A DNA stretch of 32,000 nt from Xylella taiwanensis (GTDB taxonomy: Bacteria; Pseudomonadota; Gammaproteobacteria; Xanthomonadales; Xanthomonadaceae). Shown here piece after piece: positions 21,221 to 30,313 of the stretch (position 1 is its first letter; every line of letters starts with the position of its first letter). The position numbers and the translations under genes are program-made. The notes beneath the pieces are model-generated. The model saw only the letters and a program-made list of their open reading frames with translations. It was not told the origin of the DNA and ran no database searches. The stretch spans positions 30,001 to 62,000 of the forward strand of contig NZ_CP053627.1 in assembly GCF_013177435.1 (NCBI RefSeq). Direction: 5' to 3'.

Positions 21221-23407
21221 CTATACCACGCTGAGATTGGCGTATGCCATCACCAGCCATTTTGTACCGACTGTGTCGAATTTGACTTGTACACGGGTGT
21301 GCGCACCGCTGCCTTCGTAATCAACAACCACGCCGCTGCCAAATGTAGGGTGCATGACGTTCACGCCAAGCTTGATCGATGCCGTGTCGCGTTCATTGTG
21401 GACCGGACGATGTACTGCCCCCAATGAAGCCTGGCGCAAAACCTGGATGCTGGGACGTACCTCATGCAATAGATCTTGCGGGATCTCGCGCAAAAAGCGC
21501 GAAGGCACGTTGTAGTTATCCTGACCGTGGATTCGGCGTGCTTCGGCATAGCTGAGGATGAGTTTGTGACGGGCGCGGGTGATGCCGACATACGCTAGGC
21601 GGCGCTCTTCTTCCAGGCGGCCGTGTTCGTCCAGGGAACGCGCGCTCGGGAATAACCCATTTTCTAAGCCCACCAAGAAGACCAGTGGAAACTCCAAACC
21701 TTTTGCCGAGTGCAGGGTCATCAACTGCACACCTTCCTCGCCGGCCTGGACTTGACCATCACCACCCTCCAGCGACGCATAGGATAGAAAGGCATCCAAT
21801 TCCGTCATGGTGACTTCTTCTGCGTCACTTTCCGGAAGTACAAAGCGTGAAGCGACCGAAACAAGCTCGTCTAAGTTTTCTTGACGTGATTCCGAGTCCA
21901 GACCACCACGTCCTTCTTTTCTCCAGTGCTCGCGTAACTCCGAACGCAGTAGCATATGGTCGATCCGTTCGGCTAAACGCATTTGACTGGTTTCCAGCGC
22001 AAGTTGCTGCACTAAATTGAGAAACCCCGCCAAAGCGTTACGTGCCCGTGTACTTAGCGTGGATGCTTGAGTACATGCCATCGCCGCGTCCCATAACGCG
22101 AGACTTTGAGTACGTGCCAGGCGGCGCACTTCATCCAAGGTGCGCTCACCGATACCACGTGCGGGGGTATTCACAACACGCTCGAATGCCGCGTCGTCGC
22201 TGCGATTGGCAAGCAGGCGCAGGTAGGCCAGTGCATCCTTGATTTCGGCACGCTCGAAGAAACGCATGCCACCGTACACACGGTAAGGGATGTGTTCGGA
22301 TTGCAGCGCTTCCTCGAACGCGCGGGACTGGGCGTTACTACGGTAAAGCACCGCTATCTCGCCGTAGCTGCCGCCGTCGCGCACCCATTGGCGCGCGCGC
22401 TCGATCACGTAGCGGGCTTCATCAATCTCGTTGTAGGCGGCGTACAGGTCGATGGATTCACCATCACCGGATTCAGTCCACAGCCGCTTCCCAATCCGGT
22501 CCGGGTTATGCGCGATGATGGCGTTGGCAGCACCAAGGATATTGGCACTGGAGCGGTAATTTTGCTCCAGCCGGATGATCTGCACGCTTGGAAAATCCTT
22601 CAGGAAGTGCTGCACATTCTCAACTTTGGCGCCACGCCAGCCGTAAATGGCCTGGTCGTCATCGCCGACGGCGAACACGTGGCCAGTCTCATCGGCCAGC
22701 ACCCGCACAAACGCGTACTGGATGGTGTTGGTATCCTGGAATTCGTCGATCAGAATTTCACCGAAGCGTGCACGGTAGTGTGCTAGCAGTGCCGGTGTAT
22801 CGCGCAGCAGCTCATGGGCTCGCAGCAGCAGTTCGGCAAAATCAACTAAACCGGCACGGTTGCAACGCTCCTGATAGGTGGCATAGATCCGGCGCTGCGT
22901 CTCAATCCAGTTGTCATGTGACTCGGGTTGGATGTGTTCAGGACGGCGTCCTTCATCCTTCTGAGTATTAATCCACCACATCGCCTGCTTAGGTGGGAAC
23001 AGAGTGTCATTCAATTCCAAGGACTGGATGACCCGCTTGACCAAGCGCAATTGATCATCGCTGTCGATGACCTGGAAGCCTTCGGGCAGCTTTGCGTCTT
23101 TCCAATGCAGGCGCAGCAATCGATGCGCCAAGCTATGGAACGTCCCGATCCACATACCGCGTTTCCCGTGGCGCAGTTGCACATCGACACGCTGCTGTAT
23201 TTCGCCAGCCGCCTTATTAGTGAACGTGACGGCCATCATGCTGTGGGTCGGGATTCCATGCACCTCGTTGAGCCAAACGATGCGATGCGTCAGGACGCGG
23301 GTTTTCCCTGACCCGGCACCGGCGAGGACAAGGTAGTGGCCGGGAGCCGCGGAAACGGCTTCACGCTGGTCCTGGTTCAGGTGATCGAGCACATGAGAGA
23401 CGTTCAC
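21221..23407 (-). CDS. uvrD: DNA helicase II (UvrD/Rep superfamily 1A)
   Basis: 728-aa ORF with a GTG start. It has Walker A AGAGSGKTRVL, VTFTNKAAGEI and DEFQDTN, and its C-terminal region matches UvrD length. Confidence 0.92.
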   Translation of the reverse strand: MNVSHVLDHLNQDQREAVSAAPGHYLVLAGAGSGKTRVLTHRIVWLNEVHGIPTHSMMAVTFTNKAAGEIQQRVDVQLRHGKRGMWIGTFHSLAHRLLRLHWKDAKLPEGFQVIDSDDQLRLVKRVIQSLELNDTLFPPKQAMWWINTQKDEGRRPEHIQPESHDNWIETQRRIYATYQERCNRAGLVDFAELLLRAHELLRDTPALLAHYRARFGEILIDEFQDTNTIQYAFVRVLADETGHVFAVGDDDQAIYGWRGAKVENVQHFLKDFPSVQIIRLEQNYRSSANILGAANAIIAHNPDRIGKRLWTESGDGESIDLYAAYNEIDEARYVIERARQWVRDGGSYGEIAVLYRSNAQSRAFEEALQSEHIPYRVYGGMRFFERAEIKDALAYLRLLANRSDDAAFERVVNTPARGIGERTLDEVRRLARTQSLALWDAAMACTQASTLSTRARNALAGFLNLVQQLALETSQMRLAERIDHMLLRSELREHWRKEGRGGLDSESRQENLDELVSVASRFVLPESDAEEVTMTELDAFLSYASLEGGDGQVQAGEEGVQLMTLHSAKGLEFPLVFLVGLENGLFPSARSLDEHGRLEEERRLAYVGITRARHKLILSYAEARRIHGQDNYNVPSRFLREIPQDLLHEVRPSIQVLRQASLGAVHRPVHNERDTASIKLGVNVMHPTFGSGVVVDYEGSGAHTRVQVKFDTVGTKWLVMAYANLSVV

Positions 23408-23845
23408 TCAAGGATTCTACCGTGGCGGTGGGATGGTCTTCGTACCCCAGTGTCGAACATCCGGAGTCGCGGTGAGCAGCGCCATGCTGGAAGTGGCGGC
23501 ACTGATAAGCAAGGCATATCCGTGTGGGTGTGAAGAAAGAGATTGGAATGGTAATGCCTTCGGCGTCTCCAGAGTTCATCCAAGATCAGTGAAGAACGCG
23601 CCACACTTTCAGCAAGTGACCTTGGGGGGAAGGTGATTGGAGCGTCATCGGTGGACATTGAGGTGGAACCGTCAAGAGGGTGACGTTTCAGCGTTTGGCA
23701 TGCATGCACTCAATTCGAAAGCAATGCCATGCTCGGAGCTACTGATCATCCCTGTATTGCTGTCATCGTGAAGTGGGTCGATGCCATTGACTGAGAAATT
23801 TTATTCCAAAATTAAATAAACCGTAGGAGTGCGATGATTCTTCGA

Positions 23846-24202
23846 TCAATAAGACATGCGTGAGTCGCTATCGCCTTCTTCAAGAGGCATCGTAAAAATG
23901 GGTCGAATCTTTAATTGTTTGATCCAGTTGAAATAAACATTCCACGCTTGAAGTTTGAGATACGTCTTTATTTGTCTGCGGGGTGTATGGATCACGTGCT
24001 CGTATTCCATGATCTTTAATACAGTTTTTATGATGTCATAAATATCAGCCTGTATTGCCTCCACTGAAGTTGCTGGGATATTCGCTGAGCGCGTGTTGCA
24101 GATAAAACGATCATGTGCAGTCGATGCTCGACAAGCAACATTCAGGTATATCACTGAAGTGTCTTTGGAAAAAAGCATGTCACCCATTGAGAACATCAAC
24201 AA
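23846..24202 (-). CDS. Hypothetical protein, 118 aa, AT-rich, divergent from hmp
   Basis: The ORF has a TTG/ATG start. I recognise no family. It does not look like NsrR/Rrf2 or NorR, the usual hmp-adjacent regulators. It may be a fragment of a larger decayed island gene. Confidence 0.35.
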   Translation of the reverse strand: MLMFSMGDMLFSKDTSVIYLNVACRASTAHDRFICNTRSANIPATSVEAIQADIYDIIKTVLKIMEYEHVIHTPRRQIKTYLKLQAWNVYFNWIKQLKIRPIFTMPLEEGDSDSRMSY

Positions 24203-24244
24203 TGGATTTGGAATGAAGATCCTATATTTATATTAAAATGTGGC

Positions 24245-24262
24245 AATTCAAGCATTTGAATT
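24245..24262 (+). promoter_or_regulatory. Inverted repeat AATTCAA-GCAT-TTGAATT just upstream of the hmp ribosome-binding site
   Basis: A perfect 7-bp inverted repeat with a 4-bp spacer ends 14 nt before ATG 24277, and AGGAA follows at 24265-24269. It could be an operator or a weak 5'-UTR hairpin. It matches no consensus I can name. Confidence 0.3.
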
Positions 24263-24276
24263 TCAGGAATCAATCA

Positions 24277-25470
24277 ATGTCCACATCATTGTCGCCGCAT
24301 ACTATCGCCATTATAAAAGCCACGGTGCCGGCACTGGCCGAACATGGCACAGAAATCGTTGCAGCGATGTATCGTCGATTATTTGAAGACCAGGACATTG
24401 AGGCCCTTTTCAATCAGAAAAACCAGAACAACGGCACCCAGATCCATGCACTTGCCGCGGCGATCCTGGCGTACGCTCGCAATATTGATAACCTTGGGGT
24501 ACTTGGATCAGCCGTTGAGAGAATCGCACAAAAGCATGTGGGTTATGCGATTCATCCCGAACATTATCCCTATGTCGCGACGGCATTACTAAGTGCCATC
24601 AAGGAAGTATTAGGTGACGTTGCGACGCCGGAAGTATTGGATGCCTGGGGAGCAGCGTATTGGTGTATTGCAAATCTTTTAAAAGATCGCGAAGCAGTGA
24701 TTCGTGAGGGAATTACGACCCAAAGCGGTGGGTGGATCGACTGGCGGCGTTTCGTCATCGCACAACGTATTCGTGAAAGTGAAACGATCACTTCATTCAT
24801 CCTGCATCCTGAGGATCGCGGGGCGGTTGTACCCCATCAGGCCGGACAATATCTCACTGTCCGCTTCGATACAGCAGGATTCCCGGGTATGAAGCGTAAT
24901 TACTCTATCTCCTGTGGCCCCAATAAAGATCACTATCGGATTACTGTCAAACGTGAAGCCGGCGTAGGAGTATCCGCTTTCCTTCACGATAAAGCCAAGG
25001 TAGGGACGGTGATTGAATGTACCCCGCCTGTGGGCGATTTTTTCCTCCCCGATGTGATTGAACGGCCCATCGTTCTTTTATCCGGCGGTGTCGGATTGAC
25101 GCCAATGGTGAGCATGATGGAATGGATCGCTGCAGCACATCCTGAAGCGCATGTATGGTACGTCCACGGTACGCACAGTCGAGCGACACACGCGATGGAT
25201 GCTCATATTCGCGCTTTAGTGAGCCGCCACGATCATATGCAAGCCGCCACTTTCTACGCACAATGTAGTGAAGCAGACGCTGCGAACCCCGGATTTATCA
25301 CGATTGATTGGTTGCGAGCCAATACCCCGTTCCAGAGAGCTGACTTTTATCTTTGCGGCCCGCGTCCGTTCTTGCGTGCTTTTGTTCGTGACCTGATCGG
25401 TGCTGGTGTGCCTGCGGCACAGGTACATTACGAATTATTTGGTCCAACCGATGAAGAGATGGCCGCCTAA
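24277..25470 (+). CDS. hmp: Flavohemoprotein (nitric oxide dioxygenase)
   Basis: 397 aa from ATG 24277. It has an N-terminal globin domain, the FAD-binding RNYSIS (R-x-Y-S) motif, and the NAD-binding LLSGGVGLTPM. The length matches Hmp. Confidence 0.92.
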   Translation: MSTSLSPHTIAIIKATVPALAEHGTEIVAAMYRRLFEDQDIEALFNQKNQNNGTQIHALAAAILAYARNIDNLGVLGSAVERIAQKHVGYAIHPEHYPYVATALLSAIKEVLGDVATPEVLDAWGAAYWCIANLLKDREAVIREGITTQSGGWIDWRRFVIAQRIRESETITSFILHPEDRGAVVPHQAGQYLTVRFDTAGFPGMKRNYSISCGPNKDHYRITVKREAGVGVSAFLHDKAKVGTVIECTPPVGDFFLPDVIERPIVLLSGGVGLTPMVSMMEWIAAAHPEAHVWYVHGTHSRATHAMDAHIRALVSRHDHMQAATFYAQCSEADAANPGFITIDWLRANTPFQRADFYLCGPRPFLRAFVRDLIGAGVPAAQVHYELFGPTDEEMAA

Positions 25471-26287
25471 GGACGTGATCGTACTAGGCCAATTCGATGC
25501 GGTCCTTCAGAGCGTTGATTTTTACTATTAATGCACAGTGAGAATAGCCATTGTTGTCAGCGATATCCGATATGAATGCTTAAGCTTGCATCGTATTTTT
25601 TGAATTTAGATCGCAACAAGAAGGCTGAGTTCTGGTGATAAGTAGATAAAGCGTTACACATGCGATGTGTTCAAAATATTTTGCATACAAGAGCTTAAAA
25701 GCATGTTGCATGACGCTGAAGCATTGCTTGCACATGTATCATGACAGACAGTCACTCGACGAAAATATTCGATTTACTTGAACACATCGTTCCGCCATGT
25801 TTTCCTTTGTACACAGGAATCTCCTGATCCGATCTTATGATGAGGGTCAATCGTAACCGCCTATTGGGAGTACTCATGATCGTTTAGCCGATCATGATGT
25901 GTTGGACTTGTTTCTGGACCGTCATTCCAAGCGCGAGGCGTGATTCGGGACCGTTGCGACCCTATCCAGAGAAACGTATTGAGATGTTTCTCCACGATGG
26001 CACCGCAATGTTGGAAGCGCGCATATACATGCGGTATTAGTAATCTAATAACTTCATTAAACAGTGTCGTGGATGGCTGGCGCGAACAGCCCATTGCACG
26101 GTTTCGAGGAAGCTGTCATATGGCAGCCTTCAGCAATCTAGCGGCACATTTTGATGTATTCGCGTCACAATCGGTTTTTCCAATATCAGTGAATATCAAA
26201 GAAATTTGGAAGAGCGACTGCCATGATGCAGCCCCGTGAATGTGTATTTTCATTGGAGTAACGATCGTTCAGAGATCGCTTGTCCTG

Positions 26288-27596
26288 TCATGAGGAAGCC
26301 ACATCGCTGCATTGGTTCGCCGAGATCGCATTGTTACCGTGGAGATCGAAAAACCTCAGATGCAGGTATTGCGTTGGATATGTTGATAGGCCATACCATG
26401 AGTGAACTTGAATCTCTGAGATGCTGTTACGCTGGTTGGCCACATTGAACCTGGAATATCGATGACACAATATGTCGTAAGGTGCTATGTCCTTTAAAAA
26501 CCGTGTCTTGTAGCAGTTGAAAGATTGAAAGACAGAAGCAGTCTTAGTGTTGAGTGTTCCGCCGAGTCGAGCACTGCAAACCAGAGATGTACAAGAGGTT
26601 GCTGAGAGAGGGTGTGAGCGATGCGGATTGTGAGAGCAAGGCAGTGCTTACCATACGTCCCACGAACACAACCGCTATTTTCAAAATATCTATCAGTCCG
26701 TTATTCCTAATGGAGATATTAAGAGGGATCCGGAAGCATTTTGAAATGCTGTTTATCATGAGGTGTTCTAAGGTTCCTGAGTGGCGCTGCAAGTGTTTGC
26801 TATCGGCAGTCGACCTATATTGAAGTTTGCATCAGGGGATGTCTCAGACATTGGAACGATATGCGTCTATGATTTGAAACTTGCTAAATATGAAGGTGAT
26901 TAATTGAACGCCAATTGATATTGCGATTGACTGTTTTTTGTGACGAGCCCAGCGTGCAGAGGCAGATTTGATCCGCTGTTGGGTCATGGCTTCCCTGTAC
27001 TCACGGTGTGAAAGATGCCTGCAAGCGTTGATATCATTTAAGCCCAGATTAAAATCCTCAGTCCGCTAAAACTTCAGAAGACAGAGTCATTGCCTGTTGA
27101 AGAAACCACCCTTGGAAAAGCGAGAGAGTATCTGGGTGGGATTGTGCTGCTAATGCAGAAGCGTTCCCTGACAACATGTGATGGGCACCGTGAACGGAAA
27201 GGGTGATGGCTACATGTGCGAGATGCTGTAGCACCTATGTGCCGTGGCATTTATTGTAGAAATTAAGTATGCAAGAAGTTCTATCGCTGGTGGAGGCGAG
27301 CCCGGCATGGCTGGATGATCTGGTCAGCGATGCGTGTCCAGCGCTACAGAGTGTTCATGGGATCACTCTGTCAGAGACTGATCAATAGCAGCAACACAAT
27401 ACAATCGCTAGGAAACAATCCAGACACATCAACACCGACTTCAAATACCCTATGCCAAAGCTCACTAGGGCGGGCATCACCTAAAAAGACGATTCACTCA
27501 TTTGTACAGGATTCAGTGATATTCCATCGGCTTCTGGAATATCCAGAACGCGGGCCCGTTGGCGATCCAGTACGCTGCAAGTGTGATGATGTTCAT
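26288..27596 (-). pseudogene. Tyrosine recombinase (P4-type phage/island integrase), heavily decayed
   Basis: Minus-strand pieces appear in the expected N-to-C order. AAYWIANGPAFWIFQKP matches K.Y.L.DG.GLYL.V.P. SFGIGYLKSVL matches LG.YP.VSL. AIDQSLTE matches GIDPS. IAVVFVGRMVSTALLS matches LLLLTG.R.SELL, the Arg box. SRFNVA...SEIQVHSWYGLSTYPTQYLHL matches R.TFA....IQ..LGH.S..TT..Y.H, the C-terminal Tyr box. Many stops and frameshifts are present. The ~1.3 kb span fits a ~430-aa integrase. Confidence 0.5.
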
Positions 27597-27782
27597 CCAA
27601 TCAACTGACGCTTGATCGATCACTGTCATGAGTGTCGGTACGGATGGTTAAGACGCAGATATCAGGCACTAGAGCATATATCCACATTGACAACAGCTTC
27701 GTGTGTTGTCTTCCTGTTGAGAGTGGGCATACAACCGATGCAGTGGGTGGCTACACTGTGTCGACTCGATAGGGAGATAGTA

Positions 27783-28061
27783 ATGCATTGGCTGTTCTTA
27801 TTGATGGCAATCGCTGCCATGTGCGCCGCCTTTTTCATACCGCAGATGTGGCTGCTGTTGGTGACGCTTTGGGGTGCGCTGGGCCTATTGTTGCTCTGGG
27901 CGTGTGCGCAATATTCAAGAGAGCATCGGCGGCGGCGTCACGATATTGCCAGTATGATTGATGAAGTGGAATTACAGCGGCTTCAGGAACTGGCTGAGGT
28001 ACGCAGGCATTCCCAGAGAATTGCGAGTACCGATGATGATGCAGACGGGATAAAGAAATGA
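27783..28061 (+). CDS. Small membrane protein (92 aa: two hydrophobic helices plus a charged tail), translationally coupled to pdxJ
   Basis: ATG 27783 is preceded by GGGAGA. The sequence is [44 protein letters not shown] then REHRRRRHD... Its stop overlaps the pdxJ start (ATGA at 28058-28061). The upstream part of the listed 149-aa ORF looks non-coding. Confidence 0.55.
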   Translation: MHWLFLLMAIAAMCAAFFIPQMWLLLVTLWGALGLLLLWACAQYSREHRRRRHDIASMIDEVELQRLQELAEVRRHSQRIASTDDDADGIKK

Positions 28062-28840
28062 GCCATCGTACTCGGTTGAGTGTCAACGTTAACAAGATAG
28101 CAGTCCTACGCAACTCGCGTGGTCACAGCGAACCGGACGTGATACGCGCCGCCAGCGCGTGCATTGATGCCGGCGCACACGGTATCACCGTGCATCCGCG
28201 TCCTGATGCACGTCATATCCGCCATGATGATGTCATCGCGTTATCGGCCCTGACACGCGCCCGCGGTGTGGAGTTCAACATTGAGGGTAATCCGTTTGCA
28301 GCGCCACGTGCAGGTTATGCGGGGCTTGTCGCACTGTGCCGTCAAACCCTTCCTGATCAAGTCACCCTAGTTCCTGATGGTGATCAGCAGATGACATCCG
28401 ACCACGGTTTCGATTTTGTGCGAGAAGGGGACGCGCTGTGTCCATTGATTAGTGAGCTCAAGCGGTTGGGATGCCGCGTGAGTGTGTTCGCTGACGTTAA
28501 CGCCCCACGTCTGACGGATGCAGCCATATGGGGGGCGGACCGGGTTGAACTGTATACCGGTCCATATGCGGAGACGTACGATGCTGGCTGCCCGGACGCG
28601 GTGTTGGGTAGATTTGCGGCCACTGCGCGTCTTGCGCGGGACGCTGGCTTGGGTGTCAATGCTGGCCATGACTTGTCGCAAGCCAACCTGGGTACGTTTT
28701 TAGCGGCGGTCCCTGGTGTGTTGGAGGTTTCGATCGGCCACGCACTGATCAGTGAAGCGTTATATGACGGTCTGGTGCCGACGGTGCGTCGTTACCTGTG
28801 TATTTTGGATGCGGTCAATCCTGTTACTTCTCTTAGCTGA
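28058..28840 (+). CDS. pdxJ: Pyridoxine 5'-phosphate synthase
   Basis: 260-aa ORF with [28 protein letters not shown] and VNAGHDL, all PdxJ signatures. Confidence 0.92.
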   Translation: MSHRTRLSVNVNKIAVLRNSRGHSEPDVIRAASACIDAGAHGITVHPRPDARHIRHDDVIALSALTRARGVEFNIEGNPFAAPRAGYAGLVALCRQTLPDQVTLVPDGDQQMTSDHGFDFVREGDALCPLISELKRLGCRVSVFADVNAPRLTDAAIWGADRVELYTGPYAETYDAGCPDAVLGRFAATARLARDAGLGVNAGHDLSQANLGTFLAAVPGVLEVSIGHALISEALYDGLVPTVRRYLCILDAVNPVTSLS

Positions 28841-29347
28841 ATTTATTCCAAAAGCACTTAACGGACCGTTTGATTTTGCAGCACCTTTAAGCCATTTCAC
28901 TGTGTGTCATACCCAGGGCGGATGTCCATCAAGATGTATTGCAGGATCTCCTTACCTTGTCGTGCCGACGCTCGGTTTCATGATGAGGGATGTTTGCGAG
29001 CGATCCCTCCATGCTGAGCACTAGGGCGTTTCATGCATGGAGACTGGGAGCCTTTCTCATATGAGGCGTATCCAGTGAGATATCCACAAAATAAGCCTGT
29101 TTTCACTGTATGCGGGTGTGACACAGCATATAAAGTGTCGGTGTTGTCATGGCCGTCATCGGACAACAATGGGGTGAAGGTCTTCTTGTTGCTGCGGTCT
29201 TTTGATCCGATTCGTTACCAGCCGTGTAACGGATTGGTCCGGGATGGGAGAGGCGTCAGGGATCCGCGAGAGATTAAAGGTTGTGAGCAGATTTGATGCG
29301 ATGTCCGGGCGCATCGCAATGTTTCTTTCAGATCGCGTATTGGTCCA

Positions 29348-29846
29348 TCACATATTCTGCAGGTTATTCGATTCTATGCTGGGCTTCATGTACCTAAAGT
29401 CGATTGTTTGAGCGCCTTCTAGTACAGGCTGAATCAGTGATCCACGTTCAGAAGCACGGTTGTCATGGAAAGATCTCCATGCTGATGATGGGTTGATCTG
29501 GTACTCCGGTATACGTTCGAACCAGTCCACTCATGCCAACTGTCAGCCTTCGGGTGGTTAAGGTGGCTGTAATCGCCTGATGCACCGTTCTGAAGTAGTT
29601 TTCAATACCGGCAGGCACAGATTCGCTGCCCATCATGGTCGTGGACTACCGTCGTTACTTTGCTGTGTTGCGACGACAATGAGCCTGTTGTGGTGTTTTG
29701 CTTGAGTTCGACATTAAAGGGTTTATCAGAATGACCTGTAAGGCTGTCGCTGGTGGACAGCATATTGCGATGGTGCCACCGTGTACTAGCAGCTAGGGTT
29801 CCCTGAGTTGGCAGTGATGGAGCGTCTTGGTGATTCAGACGTCATA
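29348..29846 (-). pseudogene. Formylglycine-generating-enzyme (FGE/SUMF1) domain gene, decayed
   Basis: Minus-strand pieces lie in three frames. MTSESPRRSITANSGNPSC matches MGS....ERP.H.V.L..F. YTVAPSQYAVHQRQPYRSF matches EVT..QY..F...TGY. SWHEW matches NVWEW. DWFERIPEYQINPSSAWRSFHDNRASERGS matches DWY...Y....NP.GP..G..RV.RGGS. Confidence 0.45.
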
Positions 29847-30313
29847 GATGCCTTGAGTTGCGTATTTAGGATCAATGTTTAATACCCATATCCAAATGAA
29901 TGCATGTCCTCTTATCGTTGCAGTGCATTGGCATGCTTTAGATCTTGGTGTGTTCGGCAATGGTTGAAGATGGCGTATCCAGCCAAGTCGACACAGTGTC
30001 TCTATTTGAAAGGATCCGAAACGAAACAGCGAGTTTCGAACTTCTGAAGATTCTAAAAAGACTCTGCATCGATCTTCTTTCTAATAGATGTTGCTGTTTT
30101 CTCATGCCATATTATTTTTCTGATTTATTTGGGTAATCTCTTGGTAGGGCGTATTCAAAGACAATCCACAGATTGGATTTCATTAAGACAATTTTCCCTA
30201 TTGATGATTGGTTCAAACTCATTTGAGTTGAGATACATATTTGGGAGCATCCCGCATTGATTTAATCATCTCAGCAAGTAGACGGGATCCTATACAAGAT
30301 CTGGCGGAGTGGT

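Noticed and set aside
24213-24262. AAGATCCTATATTTATATTAAAATG and TTCAAGCATTTGAATTTCAGG upstream of hmp were compared with the gammaproteobacterial NsrR box (roughly AAGATGCATTT-N-AAATGCATCTT).
   Set aside because: Only one half-site-like match appears in each case, with no proper palindromic partner. I report the AATTCAA-N4-TTGAATT repeat as seen, without assigning NsrR.
26272-26348. Three copies of GAGATCG within 77 bp. This could be a GATC/SeqA-type cluster or an iteron-like set.
   Set aside because: The 7-mers are short and irregularly spaced (50 and 20 bp), and they lie inside the integrase pseudogene. There is no supporting replication gene.
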